This document shows, piece by piece, positions 49,063 through 58,848 of a stretch of DNA of 63,522 nucleotides. The DNA lies in assembly GCA_036375135.1 (NCBI GenBank), contig DASUSL010000021.1, positions 1 to 63,522 on the forward strand, given 5' to 3'. The translations under genes were made by a program, and so were the position numbers. This DNA comes from Thermoanaerobaculia bacterium (GTDB lineage Bacteria > Acidobacteriota > Thermoanaerobaculia > Gp7-AA8). The number at the start of each line of letters is the position of its first letter. The stretch's first letter is position 1. The notes below the pieces were generated by a model. The model searched no databases, was not told the origin of the DNA, and saw nothing but the letters and a program-made list of their open reading frames with translations.

Positions 49063-51324
49063 ATGTTTCGTATGCATAAACGGGCCTTCGCCGCTCTGCT
49101 GCTGCTCTGTCTTGCCTCCGCCGCCTTCGCCCAGAATCAGACACCCGCGAATGCCCCGCCCCCGCCGCCGCCCCTGAACATTCCGCGCACCGAGGCACCG
49201 GTGAACATGGATGGCGCACTGGATGACGCGGCCTGGCAGACGGCGGCGGTCATCGACAAGTTCTACGAGACCTCGCCCGGCGACAACATCCCCGCGAAGA
49301 TCGCCACCACCGCGTACGTCACCTACGACGCGAAGTACTTCTACATCGGCATCAAGGCCGACGATCCGGACCCGTCGAAGATCCGCGCGCCGTTCGTCGA
49401 CCGCGACGGCGTCATCGGGACCGACGACAACATCGCCATCTTCCTCGACACGCGCAACGACAAGCGCTCGGCCATCGAGCTGCGGGTGAACCCGCGCGGC
49501 ATCCAGGCCGACGGCATCTTCAACGACGCCAACAGCAACGAAGACTTCTCGCCCGACTTCTACTACGACACCGCCGCGCAGATCACCAGCACCGGCTGGA
49601 CGGCGGAGTTCCGCATCCCCTTCTCCTCGCTGCGCTACGACGCCGGCGATCCGCAGACGTGGAACATCCTGGTCTGGCGCAACTACCCGCGCGACTTCCG
49701 TTACGCGTTCCACAGCGCGCCGATGCCGCGCGGCTCGAACTGCGTGATCTGCTTCACGCATCCGCTGACCGGCCTGACCGGACTGCCGGACGCCGCGCAC
49801 ATGGTGGCCGCGCCGTACGTCACCGCGCAGCAGTCGTCGCAGCCGGAGCTCGGCATCATCGGCAACGATCTCGAGTCGGGCGACGGCGACTTCGACGCCG
49901 GCGTCGACGTGAAGTGGAACCCGACCGCCAACCACGCCCTCGACCTCACCCTCAATCCTGACTTCTCGCAGATCGAGGCCGACATCCCGCAGATCCTCGT
50001 CAATCAGCGCTTCGCGGTCTTCTTCCCTGAGAAGCGGCCGTTCTTCCTGGAAGGCTTCGACCTCTACGACACGCCGATGCAGGTGGCCTACACGCGCACC
50101 ATCACCGATCCGCAGGCGGGCGTGCGCGCCACCGGGAAGATCGGCGATACCGCGTACACCTTCCTGACCACGAAAGACGAAGGAGGCGGCGGCACGATCA
50201 TCCCCGGCCCGACGCGCTCCGGCTTCGCCTTCCTCGACGCGAGCTCGTACTCGACCATCGCCCGCGTGCGCCACGACCTCGGCGAGCGCGGCTTCGTCGG
50301 CGCCGTGCTCACCGACCGCGAGATCGTCGGCGGCGGTCACAATCGCGTCATCGGTCCCGACTTCCAGTGGCGCTTTCCGTCGAACACGTTCGAGGCGCAG
50401 TTGCTCTACAGCGACACGAAGAATCCGCTTCGCCCCGACGAGAGTCCGGCCTGGAACGGCGAGCAGGCCTCCTCCCACGCGTTCAGCGCGGAGTGGGCGC
50501 ACCGCGATCGCAAATGGGACTACGGTCTCCAGTACTACGACGTCGGCAACGAGTTCCGCGCCGACCTCGGCTTCGTCCCGCAGGCCGGCTATCGCCAGGG
50601 CATCGGCTACCTCGGCCACAGCTTCTATCCGGAGAACCGCCTGGTGCGCTTCGTCCGCCCGAGCGTGCTGGTCGACTATCAGGAAGACCGCAACGGAGAA
50701 GTGATCTTCGAGACGCTCTCCCTCGGCGTGGGCGGCTTCGGCGCGAAGAACACGAACTTCGGCGTGCTGGCACGCATCGGCGAGAAGGTCCGCGTCGGCG
50801 AAGAGCTGCTCGAGCAGAACTACCTGCAGGTCAACTATCAGTTCGACCCGCACCGCCGCATCCCGCGCATCACCCTCGGTCTGCGCGTCGGCGAGCAGAT
50901 CGACTTCGACAACGGACGCGAAGGCGACGGCCTGTCGCTCACCATCGGCGCGAACGCGCGCCCGCACGACCGCCTCGACCTGCAGTTCAACGTCGGCCGC
51001 GACACGCTCGACGTCGACGGCGGCCAGCTCTTCGCCGCCATGTTCGAGCGCCTGCGCGCGCAGTACAGCTTCTCGTCGAAGTCGCTCCTGCGCGTGATCG
51101 CGCAGTACGTGCACACCGACTACAACCCGTCGCTCTACCTCTTCAACGTGCCGGAAGAAGACGGCGCCTTCCTCGGCTCGGTGCTCTACAGCTACAAGCT
51201 GAACTGGCAGACCGTGCTCTTCGTCGGCTACGGCGACGAGCGGCTGCTGATCGACGAGGAAGACCGCATCGCGCCGTCGAACCGGTCGCTGTTCTTCAAG
51301 GTCAGCTACGCGTTCATTCGATAG
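49063..51324 (+). CDS. exported CBM9-like/DUF5916-type protein (probable outer-membrane beta-barrel)
   Basis: Signal peptide, N-terminal MDGALDDAAWQTAAVIDKFYETSPGDN...YVTYDAKYFYIGIKADD, typical of the CBM9-like domain. Long beta-rich C-terminal part ending FFKVSYAFIR. Confidence 0.55.
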   Translation: MFRMHKRAFAALLLLCLASAAFAQNQTPANAPPPPPPLNIPRTEAPVNMDGALDDAAWQTAAVIDKFYETSPGDNIPAKIATTAYVTYDAKYFYIGIKADDPDPSKIRAPFVDRDGVIGTDDNIAIFLDTRNDKRSAIELRVNPRGIQADGIFNDANSNEDFSPDFYYDTAAQITSTGWTAEFRIPFSSLRYDAGDPQTWNILVWRNYPRDFRYAFHSAPMPRGSNCVICFTHPLTGLTGLPDAAHMVAAPYVTAQQSSQPELGIIGNDLESGDGDFDAGVDVKWNPTANHALDLTLNPDFSQIEADIPQILVNQRFAVFFPEKRPFFLEGFDLYDTPMQVAYTRTITDPQAGVRATGKIGDTAYTFLTTKDEGGGGTIIPGPTRSGFAFLDASSYSTIARVRHDLGERGFVGAVLTDREIVGGGHNRVIGPDFQWRFPSNTFEAQLLYSDTKNPLRPDESPAWNGEQASSHAFSAEWAHRDRKWDYGLQYYDVGNEFRADLGFVPQAGYRQGIGYLGHSFYPENRLVRFVRPSVLVDYQEDRNGEVIFETLSLGVGGFGAKNTNFGVLARIGEKVRVGEELLEQNYLQVNYQFDPHRRIPRITLGLRVGEQIDFDNGREGDGLSLTIGANARPHDRLDLQFNVGRDTLDVDGGQLFAAMFERLRAQYSFSSKSLLRVIAQYVHTDYNPSLYLFNVPEEDGAFLGSVLYSYKLNWQTVLFVGYGDERLLIDEEDRIAPSNRSLFFKVSYAFIR

Positions 51325-52426
51325 TCGAGCCGGGGGCGGAGGACTTACCCTCCGCCCTCTTTCTCGCCGGTTCGAGCGCAGCCTTGACGTCGTCGCTGTC
51401 CTTGTAGATCTCGGTCAGGTCGTTGTCCGCGCCGCCTCGCGTGGTGCCATACAGAACGTCGAGCGCCTCCGTGTTGTTGGCGCGTCCGGCGGCCTGAATC
51501 ATCTTCACCGCTTTGTCCACGACGTCCTGCAGCTCCTCCGGTTTCCTGCCCTCGGATTTCTTCATCCACTCGTACATCTGCCCGTACGCGCATGCGATGT
51601 ACACCCAGATGCGCCAGTGACGCGGCGCGCCGAAACGTTTCCGGTACTGCTCGAAGGCGTCGATTGCTTTCTTGAACCCTTCGGGTTTCGGCTGGTAGAG
51701 ATACGCGCTCATCAGGCCCTCGTACAGCTCCGCGTTCTCCCGCATCGAGGACTCGTTCACGAAGAAGTAGCGCGTGAGAATGAGCCGCGTCCACAGATAC
51801 CCGTTCAGGAATCCGGCAACGAGGAAGAACAGGATGACGCTGCCCATGAGCGCCATCGGATAGCTCATGGAATGCAGCTCGCGGAGCATGCGGTCGAACC
51901 GTTCGACGATCTCGTCCGCCTGAACCAGTCCGACGCCGACGATGATCTTGGTCAGCCAGTCGGAGATCTGCTCGAGGTTCGTGTTCGTTTCGAATGCCGG
52001 ACTCACTGAATCCGTGCCGGCGTCCGGCTTCGGCCTGGCGACGACGCGCGGGATTCCGAACAGGAACCCTATCAGCACACCGACGAACGCCGACGCACCG
52101 GCGATCAGCAGAAGCGTGACCACCCTCTCGCTCCAGTCGCCGTAGGCGAGCAGGATCACGAGCCCGGCGAGGATCGCGATGGGAATCGTCCAGCTGAACG
52201 GCTGCTGCTCGTCGCGTGTCTGCTCGCGCTCGTACCACTGCCGGATCAGCGGCAGCAGCAGCGCGGCCGCGCCGACGATGATGAGAAAGACCACCACGGG
52301 CAGCAGCGAATGCGAGTCTTTCATCGACGCCGCAAACGCCGCGCCGAGGGCGAGCAGCACGATGCCGATGGCGGCGAGCTCGCCTGTGGTCCTCAGTCGA
52401 TCGTCACCCGTCTGGTGATCGGCCAT
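51314..52426 (-). CDS. hypothetical polytopic membrane protein with C-terminal helical soluble domain
   Basis: About six hydrophobic helices (e.g. LAAIGIVLLALGAAFAA, LLPVVVFLIIVGAAALLLPLI, MALMGSVILFFLVAGFLNGYLW). No family recognised. Start taken at MADHQTGDD; the track start is 52492. Confidence 0.5.
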   Translation of the reverse strand: MADHQTGDDRLRTTGELAAIGIVLLALGAAFAASMKDSHSLLPVVVFLIIVGAAALLLPLIRQWYEREQTRDEQQPFSWTIPIAILAGLVILLAYGDWSERVVTLLLIAGASAFVGVLIGFLFGIPRVVARPKPDAGTDSVSPAFETNTNLEQISDWLTKIIVGVGLVQADEIVERFDRMLRELHSMSYPMALMGSVILFFLVAGFLNGYLWTRLILTRYFFVNESSMRENAELYEGLMSAYLYQPKPEGFKKAIDAFEQYRKRFGAPRHWRIWVYIACAYGQMYEWMKKSEGRKPEELQDVVDKAVKMIQAAGRANNTEALDVLYGTTRGGADNDLTEIYKDSDDVKAALEPARKRAEGKSSAPGSTIE

Positions 52427-52534
52427 CCATCCCTCCGGTCGTCGAAGCGCAACCGGTGGGAGTGACGCACGCGCGAAAAATCCCGCCCGCACCTCGGGCG
52501 GGTCCGCCCGATCAGCGAGCGGTGCGCGGTTCCG

Positions 52535-54898
52535 TCAGCCGGCAGGTTTTCGCAGCCGGTCCATGGCCGGATCGACGTTGAACCAGACCCACGCGCCCGT
52601 GCGCTCGCGCCGGGCGCGCTCGATCTCACGCCGCGCTTTCGCGAGATCGCCGAGCTGTGCGTAGAGCGCGGCCATGTAGTAGGGCGGGCGGTAGTCGCGG
52701 CCCTGCTCGATCTCGCGGAGCATGCGCGCCGCGGTGGCGGCGTCGCCGGAAGCGTGATGCGCGCGCGCGAGCCACGTGCGCACGACCACGATGTCGAGCT
52801 GCTTGCGCGCGGTCTCCAGCGGTCCGAGAGCTTCCCGCGCGCGGCCGGATTCGAGGAGCGCCAGACCGAGGTAGGCGTGGCCGGGCATGAAGTCGGGGAA
52901 GAGCTGCGTGGTGCGCGTCCCCTGCTGGATCGCGGCGTCGTAGCGGCGGGCCATGGTCAGGTTCCACGCCACGACGGCGTTGATGATCGGCGACATCGGA
53001 TCGAGGTCCAGCGCCTTGCGTCCCTGCACCTCCGCCTCGTCGAAGCGCCCCACCGCGGTGAGGAACTCCGCGTACCACTGCCGCGCCGTGGCGTAGTTCG
53101 GGTTCAGCTCGAGCGCGCGGCGGTACTCGTGCTCCGCCGCCTTCCAGTCCCACTCGTACGTATGGATCGCATACGCGAGCGACGTGTGCGCCTCGGCGAG
53201 CTGGTCGTCGATCGACAGCGCCTTCTGCGCCGCGGCCTTCGCCCGCGGGAAGGTCTCGCTCGTCGGCAGGTTGGCCCAGATGTCGAGGAGGTTGTAGCAG
53301 TCGGCGATGCCGGCATATGCGAGCGCGTACTGCGGGTCGATCTCGATGGCCCGGTTGAAGAGCTCGATCGCGTTGTAGAGCCCTTCCGCGTTGCGCTTGT
53401 TCCACTGGAAGCGCCCTTTGAGATAGAGCTCGTACGCGCGCGGGTCGGCGGTGTGGCGCTTCGTGAGGAGCTGCTGCTCGCGGCCGCCGAGCTGCACGCG
53501 CAGCATGTGCGCGATCTCCGAGGCCAGCGAGTCCTGCACGGAGAAGAGGTCCGTGCGCGCGGTCTGATAGCGGTTGCCCCAGATCAGCGCGTTGTCGCGC
53601 GTGTCGACCAGCTCCGCGGAGACGACCAGCTTGTCGCCCACGCTCTCGATGCGCCCGACCACCACCGCGCTCACGCGCAGCTCCTTGCCGACGCTGACCG
53701 GATTGGCCGGCTTGCCCTTGTAGTGGAACACCGAGGTGCGCGACATCACGCGCAGCCCGGGCACGCGGGCCAGTGAGTTGATGAGCGTCTCCGTGATGCC
53801 GTCGGAGAGGTACTCCGCCTCGCGGTCGCCGGTGGCGTTGACGAAGGGGAGAATGGCGATCGACTGAAACGCGCGCGGCTGCAGGCGTTCGGCGCGCACG
53901 AGCGTGAAGTCGCCGACGAAGCCGTCGCGCAGTGCCATGTACGCGGCCAGGAGTGCGATCGCGGCCAGCGCGATCCCGCCCCAGAGCATCATCCGCCGCT
54001 TCCGCTCCGCCGGCGCCTCGAACGTGATCGACGACGTGCCGATGGCCCGCAGCGCGAACGAGAGGTCGCGCGCTGACTGGAACCGCTCCTCGCGCTTCTT
54101 CTCCAGGCAGCGCTGGATCACGCGCGCCAGCTCGTACGGGATCAGCTTCTCCGAGACCGTGAAGACGTCCGGGTTCTCCGTGAGGATCGCGGAGAGCGAG
54201 TCGATGACCGTGCCGCGGATGAAGGCCGGCTTGCCGGTGGTCATCTCGTAGAGCAACGCGCCGAGGGAGAAGATGTCCGTGCGCGCGTCGACCGGCTCGC
54301 CGCGGAGCTGTTCGGGAGCCATGTAGCCGGCGGTGCCGATCACCGAGCCGGGCTCGGTCTTCATCGGCGCCGTGGGGAGCGAGCTCGTGTCGACGTCCTC
54401 GGCCGGAGGCGGCTCGCTGCGCACGAGCTGGGCGATGCCGAAGTCGAGGATCTTCACGCGCCCGTCGCTGGTGAGGAAGATGTTCTCCGGCTTGAGGTCG
54501 CGGTGGATGATTCCTTTCGCGTGCGCGGCGGCGAGGCCGTCCGCCATCGCCGCGCCGATCTCCGCCGCCTTGCGCCACGGCAGCGGTCCGGCGTTGATGC
54601 GCCTGCGCAGCGTTTCCCCTTCCAGCAGCTCCGTGACGCTGTACGCCGCGCCGTTCTCGGAGCCGTAGTCGTGGATGGCCAGGATGTTCGGATGCGTCAG
54701 CGCCGCGACCGCCTTCGCCTCGCGCTCGAAGCGCATGCGCGCCTCCGCGTCGCGGGCCACGCGCTCGGGCAGCACCTTCACCGCCACGTCGCGGTCGAGG
54801 CGCGTGTCGCGGGCGCGATAGACGTCGCCCATCCCACCCGAGCCGATCGCCTCGACGATCTCGTAGGGGCCGAGGCGTGTGCCTGGCGGTAATGACAT
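52535..54898 (-). CDS. Ser/Thr protein kinase with TM segment, periplasmic linker domain and C-terminal TPR repeats
   Basis: Hanks kinase motifs GSGGMGDVYRA, VAVK, HRDLKPENI, DFG, APE. TM MMLWGGIALAAIALLAAYMAL. TPR repeats follow. Confidence 0.9.
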   Translation of the reverse strand: MSLPPGTRLGPYEIVEAIGSGGMGDVYRARDTRLDRDVAVKVLPERVARDAEARMRFEREAKAVAALTHPNILAIHDYGSENGAAYSVTELLEGETLRRRINAGPLPWRKAAEIGAAMADGLAAAHAKGIIHRDLKPENIFLTSDGRVKILDFGIAQLVRSEPPPAEDVDTSSLPTAPMKTEPGSVIGTAGYMAPEQLRGEPVDARTDIFSLGALLYEMTTGKPAFIRGTVIDSLSAILTENPDVFTVSEKLIPYELARVIQRCLEKKREERFQSARDLSFALRAIGTSSITFEAPAERKRRMMLWGGIALAAIALLAAYMALRDGFVGDFTLVRAERLQPRAFQSIAILPFVNATGDREAEYLSDGITETLINSLARVPGLRVMSRTSVFHYKGKPANPVSVGKELRVSAVVVGRIESVGDKLVVSAELVDTRDNALIWGNRYQTARTDLFSVQDSLASEIAHMLRVQLGGREQQLLTKRHTADPRAYELYLKGRFQWNKRNAEGLYNAIELFNRAIEIDPQYALAYAGIADCYNLLDIWANLPTSETFPRAKAAAQKALSIDDQLAEAHTSLAYAIHTYEWDWKAAEHEYRRALELNPNYATARQWYAEFLTAVGRFDEAEVQGRKALDLDPMSPIINAVVAWNLTMARRYDAAIQQGTRTTQLFPDFMPGHAYLGLALLESGRAREALGPLETARKQLDIVVVRTWLARAHHASGDAATAARMLREIEQGRDYRPPYYMAALYAQLGDLAKARREIERARRERTGAWVWFNVDPAMDRLRKPAG

Positions 54899-54917
54899 GT
54901 GGTTGGCCTGCTCTTTT

Positions 54918-55024
54918 AGTTTATCCCGCGCGCAGACGCGGCATCTCCGGGCCTCCGCAACGAACGTGTGGCGGCACGAAGGGCGCAGGTGAGCCCGAGA
55001 TCCCGTCTGCCCGCGGGATAGACT
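54918..55024. repeat. family B nested inverted repeat
   Basis: AGTTTATCCCGCGCGCAGACG / CGTCTGCCCGCGGGATAGACT, in the divergent kinase/M1 intergenic region. Confidence 0.85.
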
Positions 55025-55032
55025 CTACGCAC

Positions 55033-56886
55033 ATGAAGCGACTGACACTGATTCTCGTCCTCGCGGCCGCCGCGTGCCGGAACGAACAGCCCTCCACCGC
55101 CACGCAGGCGCCGCCGTCGCAGCCGTCGACGTCCGCCGCCCAGCGCGATCCGCACTCGTACTCGAATCCCGATCAGGTGCGGGTCGAGCACATCGCGCTC
55201 GACCTCGGCGTGAACTTCGCGCAGAAGCAGCTCGCCGGCACGGCCACGCTGCGGCTGCGCAACGAGGCCAACGCGACCACGCTCATCCTCGACACCCACG
55301 GATTGACCATCAAAAAGGTGACGACGCAGCCCGGCAACGCCGCGGCGCAGTTCAAGCTCGCGCCGGCCGATCCGATCTTCGGCAGCAAGCTGGAGATCCC
55401 GATCAAGGCCGACACTCAGTCGGTGGCCATCGAGTACGTGACCAGCCCCGGCGCGCGCGCGCTGCAGTGGCTCGAGCCGGCCATGACCGCGGGGAAGAAG
55501 CATCCGTTCCTCCTCTCGCAGTCGCAGGCCATCCTGGCGCGGTCGTGGGTGCCGTGTCAGGACACGCCGGGCGTGCGCTTCACGTACGACGCGACGATCC
55601 GCGTCCCGACGACGCTGCTCGCCGTGATGAGCGCGGAGAACCCGCAGGCGCGCAACGAACAGGGCGTCTACCAGTTCCGCATGCCGCATCCGGTGCCGTC
55701 GTATCTGCTGGCCATCGCGGTGGGCGATCTCGAGTTCCGCCCGTTCGACACGCGCAGCGGCGTCTACGCCGAGCCGTCGGTCATCGAGGCGGCGGCGGAC
55801 GAGTTCACCGACACGCCCGACATGATCGCCGCGGCCGAGGAACTGTACGGGCCGTACCGGTGGGGCAGGTACGACCTGCTCGTGCTGCCGCCGAGCTTCC
55901 CGTACGGCGGGATGGAGAACCCGCGGCTGACCTTCCTCACGCCGACCGTGCTGGCCGGCGACCGCTCGCTCGTTTCCCTCATCGCGCACGAGCTCGCGCA
56001 TTCGTGGTCGGGCAACCTCGTCACCAACGCGACGTGGAACGACTTCTGGCTCAACGAAGGCTTCACGACGTACTTCGAGCATCGCATCACGGAGAAGCTG
56101 TACGGCCGTGAGTACTCCGAGATGCTCTGGCTCCTCGGCGTGACCGAAGTGCAGGACGAGCTGAAGACGCTGCCGGCGGCGGACCAGCATCTGTACGTCG
56201 ACCTCGCCGGCCGCGATCCGGACGAGGCGCCGACCCTCGTCTACGAAAAAGGCGCGCTCTTCCTGCGCCTGCTCGAAGAGACCGCGGGACGGGAGCGGTG
56301 GGACAAGTTCCTGCGCGCGTACTTCGACAAGTTCGCCTTCCAGCCGATGACCACGCCGATCTTCGTCGATCATCTGAAGGTCTCGCTGCCGGACGTCGTG
56401 CAGAAGGTGAACCTCGACCAGTGGATCCACGGGCCGGGACTGCCGCCCAGCGCGCCGCAGCCGCAGTCCGCGGCGTTCGCGAACGTGGAGCAGCTCGCGA
56501 AGGCGTTCGCCGCGGGCGGTCCGGCCACGGCCATCGACGCCACGAAGTGGTCATCGCACGAGCGCGTGCACTTCATCCAGTCGCTGCCGGCGCTCACCCC
56601 GCAGCGGATGGCGGAGCTCGACGCGCGCTTCCAATTCAGCGAGAGCGGCAACAACGAAGTGCTCTCCGCGTGGCTGGAGAAGGCCATCGACGCGCGCTAC
56701 GAGGCAGCCTATCCGGCCATCGAGCGCTTCCTCACCGTGCAGGGGCGGCGCAAGTTCCTCAAGCCGATTTACGAGAAGCTGGCGAAGAATCCGGAGGATC
56801 TGGCCTTCGCCAAGCGGATCTATTCACGAGCCCGTGACACGTATCACCCTGTGTCGCAGGCCACGATCGATAGTATTTTGAAGTAG
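55033..56886 (+). CDS. M1 family aminopeptidase (LTA4-hydrolase-like) lipoprotein
   Basis: Lipobox LVLAAAAC, GGMENP, HELAHSWSGN...WLNEG, and a Leuk-A4-hydrolase-type C-terminal domain. Confidence 0.88.
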   Translation: MKRLTLILVLAAAACRNEQPSTATQAPPSQPSTSAAQRDPHSYSNPDQVRVEHIALDLGVNFAQKQLAGTATLRLRNEANATTLILDTHGLTIKKVTTQPGNAAAQFKLAPADPIFGSKLEIPIKADTQSVAIEYVTSPGARALQWLEPAMTAGKKHPFLLSQSQAILARSWVPCQDTPGVRFTYDATIRVPTTLLAVMSAENPQARNEQGVYQFRMPHPVPSYLLAIAVGDLEFRPFDTRSGVYAEPSVIEAAADEFTDTPDMIAAAEELYGPYRWGRYDLLVLPPSFPYGGMENPRLTFLTPTVLAGDRSLVSLIAHELAHSWSGNLVTNATWNDFWLNEGFTTYFEHRITEKLYGREYSEMLWLLGVTEVQDELKTLPAADQHLYVDLAGRDPDEAPTLVYEKGALFLRLLEETAGRERWDKFLRAYFDKFAFQPMTTPIFVDHLKVSLPDVVQKVNLDQWIHGPGLPPSAPQPQSAAFANVEQLAKAFAAGGPATAIDATKWSSHERVHFIQSLPALTPQRMAELDARFQFSESGNNEVLSAWLEKAIDARYEAAYPAIERFLTVQGRRKFLKPIYEKLAKNPEDLAFAKRIYSRARDTYHPVSQATIDSILK

Positions 56887-56916
56887 AATCCTCGCGATTT
56901 TCCCCCGGACAAGCGA

Positions 56917-57801
56917 ATGACAGAACGTGATCAGGAAGCGCTGCAGCTCTGCGACCTCGGGTTGCAACAGATGTGGCGCGGTGAAATCGAGCCCGCCATC
57001 GAGCAGTACGACCGGGCGCTGGCCCTCTGCGAATCGGAAGAAACGCACGAGCTGATCACCATCCGCAAGGCGGAGGCGCTGATCGCGTGCGAGCGGGATG
57101 GCAGCGAGGTCTCGGCGCTGCCGATGATCGTCATGCGGCGGCGCACGCCGCGTCACGTCTACCTCGCCGCGAACACGCTCCTGCGCCGCTACTGCGAGAC
57201 CTCGGACCGCAAGAAGGCCATCTTCTACGGTGAGATCGCGCGGCAGGCGGCCGTGGCGCTCGACGATCCGTTCGCGCGCGCCTCGGTCCTCAACAACCTC
57301 GGCATCACCCTCGTCGCCGACTCGAAGTTCGCACCGGCCATCGACGTGCTCGAGGAAGGGCTCGAAGCGATGGCGCTCCTCGGCGACGCCCGCGACGATC
57401 ACCGCTCGCTGCGCGCGGCCATCGAGGGGAACCTCGGCGGCGCGAAAGTGCTCTGCGGCAAGTTCGCCGAGGGTGTGCGGCTCCTCGAAGGCGCCGTCGA
57501 GCAGCTCGAGGACGACTACGGAAAAGTCGAGGCCTGCCTCGACCTCTGCTACGGATACCTCGAGCTCGCACGCTACGACGTGGCCGAGTTCTACGGCCGC
57601 ACGGCGCTCGAGGCCGCAACCGTGCCGCGCCAGGTGCGCAACGCCAACCACCTCATGGGCGAGCTGTGCGTGCGCACCGACCGCTACGACGAATCCGAAG
57701 AGTTCTTCGACGTCGTGGCGAAGTTCTATCCCGACTTCCGCAACGTCAAGCAGCTCCTGATGGCTGTCGACCTCTCCTCCGTGGTGAACTGGAAAGCATG
57801 A
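56917..57801 (+). CDS. TPR-like helical-repeat protein, unknown function (module copy 1, gene A)
   Basis: 294 aa with no signal peptide and helical repeat character. Gapless paralog of 58849-59733. Confidence 0.75.
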   Translation: MTERDQEALQLCDLGLQQMWRGEIEPAIEQYDRALALCESEETHELITIRKAEALIACERDGSEVSALPMIVMRRRTPRHVYLAANTLLRRYCETSDRKKAIFYGEIARQAAVALDDPFARASVLNNLGITLVADSKFAPAIDVLEEGLEAMALLGDARDDHRSLRAAIEGNLGGAKVLCGKFAEGVRLLEGAVEQLEDDYGKVEACLDLCYGYLELARYDVAEFYGRTALEAATVPRQVRNANHLMGELCVRTDRYDESEEFFDVVAKFYPDFRNVKQLLMAVDLSSVVNWKA

Positions 57802-58778
57802 TGAAACGTCTCGGGCTCGCGATGCTCCTTCTTCTGGCCGCCGGCACCGCCGGTGCGGCACAGGTGGAGACCGCGCTGGGCGAGGACAACATGCTCTGGA
57901 CCGTCGACCGCGCGACGCCGCGCATGTCGCTCGTGCTGACGCTGCGCATGGGCGACGAGCAGCAGACCGTGCTCGTGCCGACGACCGACGACTCGGCCGT
58001 CGACGCCTCGCCGCGGCTGGCGTGGGACGCCGCGTCGCGCACGCTCTTCGTGCTCTGGCGCCGCGCCGGCGCGAACGGCGACGAGATCCGTCTCGCGCGC
58101 CGCTATGCCTCGGGCCGCTGGGCGCCGCCCATCGTCGTCGCCGGTGGTGTCGAAGCCTCGCGCGCCGGACTGCAGATGGTCATCACGCGCAAGAAACAGC
58201 AGGACGAAGAGGTCACGCTCGTGCACGCGGCGTGGTGGACGCTCGGCCAGCAGCCGGTCGCGGAGTACGCACTCACCGCCTTCCAGGGCGCGGAGCTGCT
58301 GTCCACTTCCGTCCACTCGCTCGAAGAGCTGGCGGCGGTGCTCGCGTCCAACGGGGACAACGAAGACACCGGCAAGGCCGTGCATCCGCCGATGGCGATG
58401 GTGCGCAGCGGCGACGGCGTCGAGGTCGCGTTCGGCGCCCCCCGCACGACGGCCATGAAGCGCGCGCAGCTCGAGCCGTCCGAAGTCGCACCGAACGCGC
58501 GCATCTGGCGCCCGTCCGGAAAACAGGGCCGCCGCACGCCGGCCGCCCTCCTCATCTCCTCCAGCAGCTCGCCGGTGGAGTCCTTCATCGTCAACGACAA
58601 GGTCGTCCTCTACACGCCGGAAGCGCGCTTCCGCTACGTGGTCCTCGAGGACGGCAAGTGGACGCCGGTGCGCATGCTCGCCACCGACGACAAGGTCACG
58701 AGCGACGACGTCGTGCGCGAGTTGCGCCGCTCCGTCGCTCAGCATGGCGCCGTGCCGGTCGCTCCGGACGCCAAATAA
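57798..58778 (+). CDS. secreted protein of unknown function (module copy 1, gene B)
   Basis: Signal peptide MMKRLGLAMLLLLAAGTAGAA. Start overlaps the gene A stop (ATGATGA). Paralog of 59737-60735. Confidence 0.75.
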   Translation: MMKRLGLAMLLLLAAGTAGAAQVETALGEDNMLWTVDRATPRMSLVLTLRMGDEQQTVLVPTTDDSAVDASPRLAWDAASRTLFVLWRRAGANGDEIRLARRYASGRWAPPIVVAGGVEASRAGLQMVITRKKQQDEEVTLVHAAWWTLGQQPVAEYALTAFQGAELLSTSVHSLEELAAVLASNGDNEDTGKAVHPPMAMVRSGDGVEVAFGAPRTTAMKRAQLEPSEVAPNARIWRPSGKQGRRTPAALLISSSSSPVESFIVNDKVVLYTPEARFRYVVLEDGKWTPVRMLATDDKVTSDDVVRELRRSVAQHGAVPVAPDAK

Positions 58779-58848
58779 AAACTGGCCTATAATTCCGCGA
58801 TTCAAATAAAATGCGCCAACTTCCCCAGAAATGGCGGGTGCTCGATAA

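Noticed and set aside
49015-51114. 699-aa minus-strand ORF opposite the CBM9-like gene
   Set aside because: Shadow ORF. The plus-strand product has a signal peptide and a recognisable N-domain.
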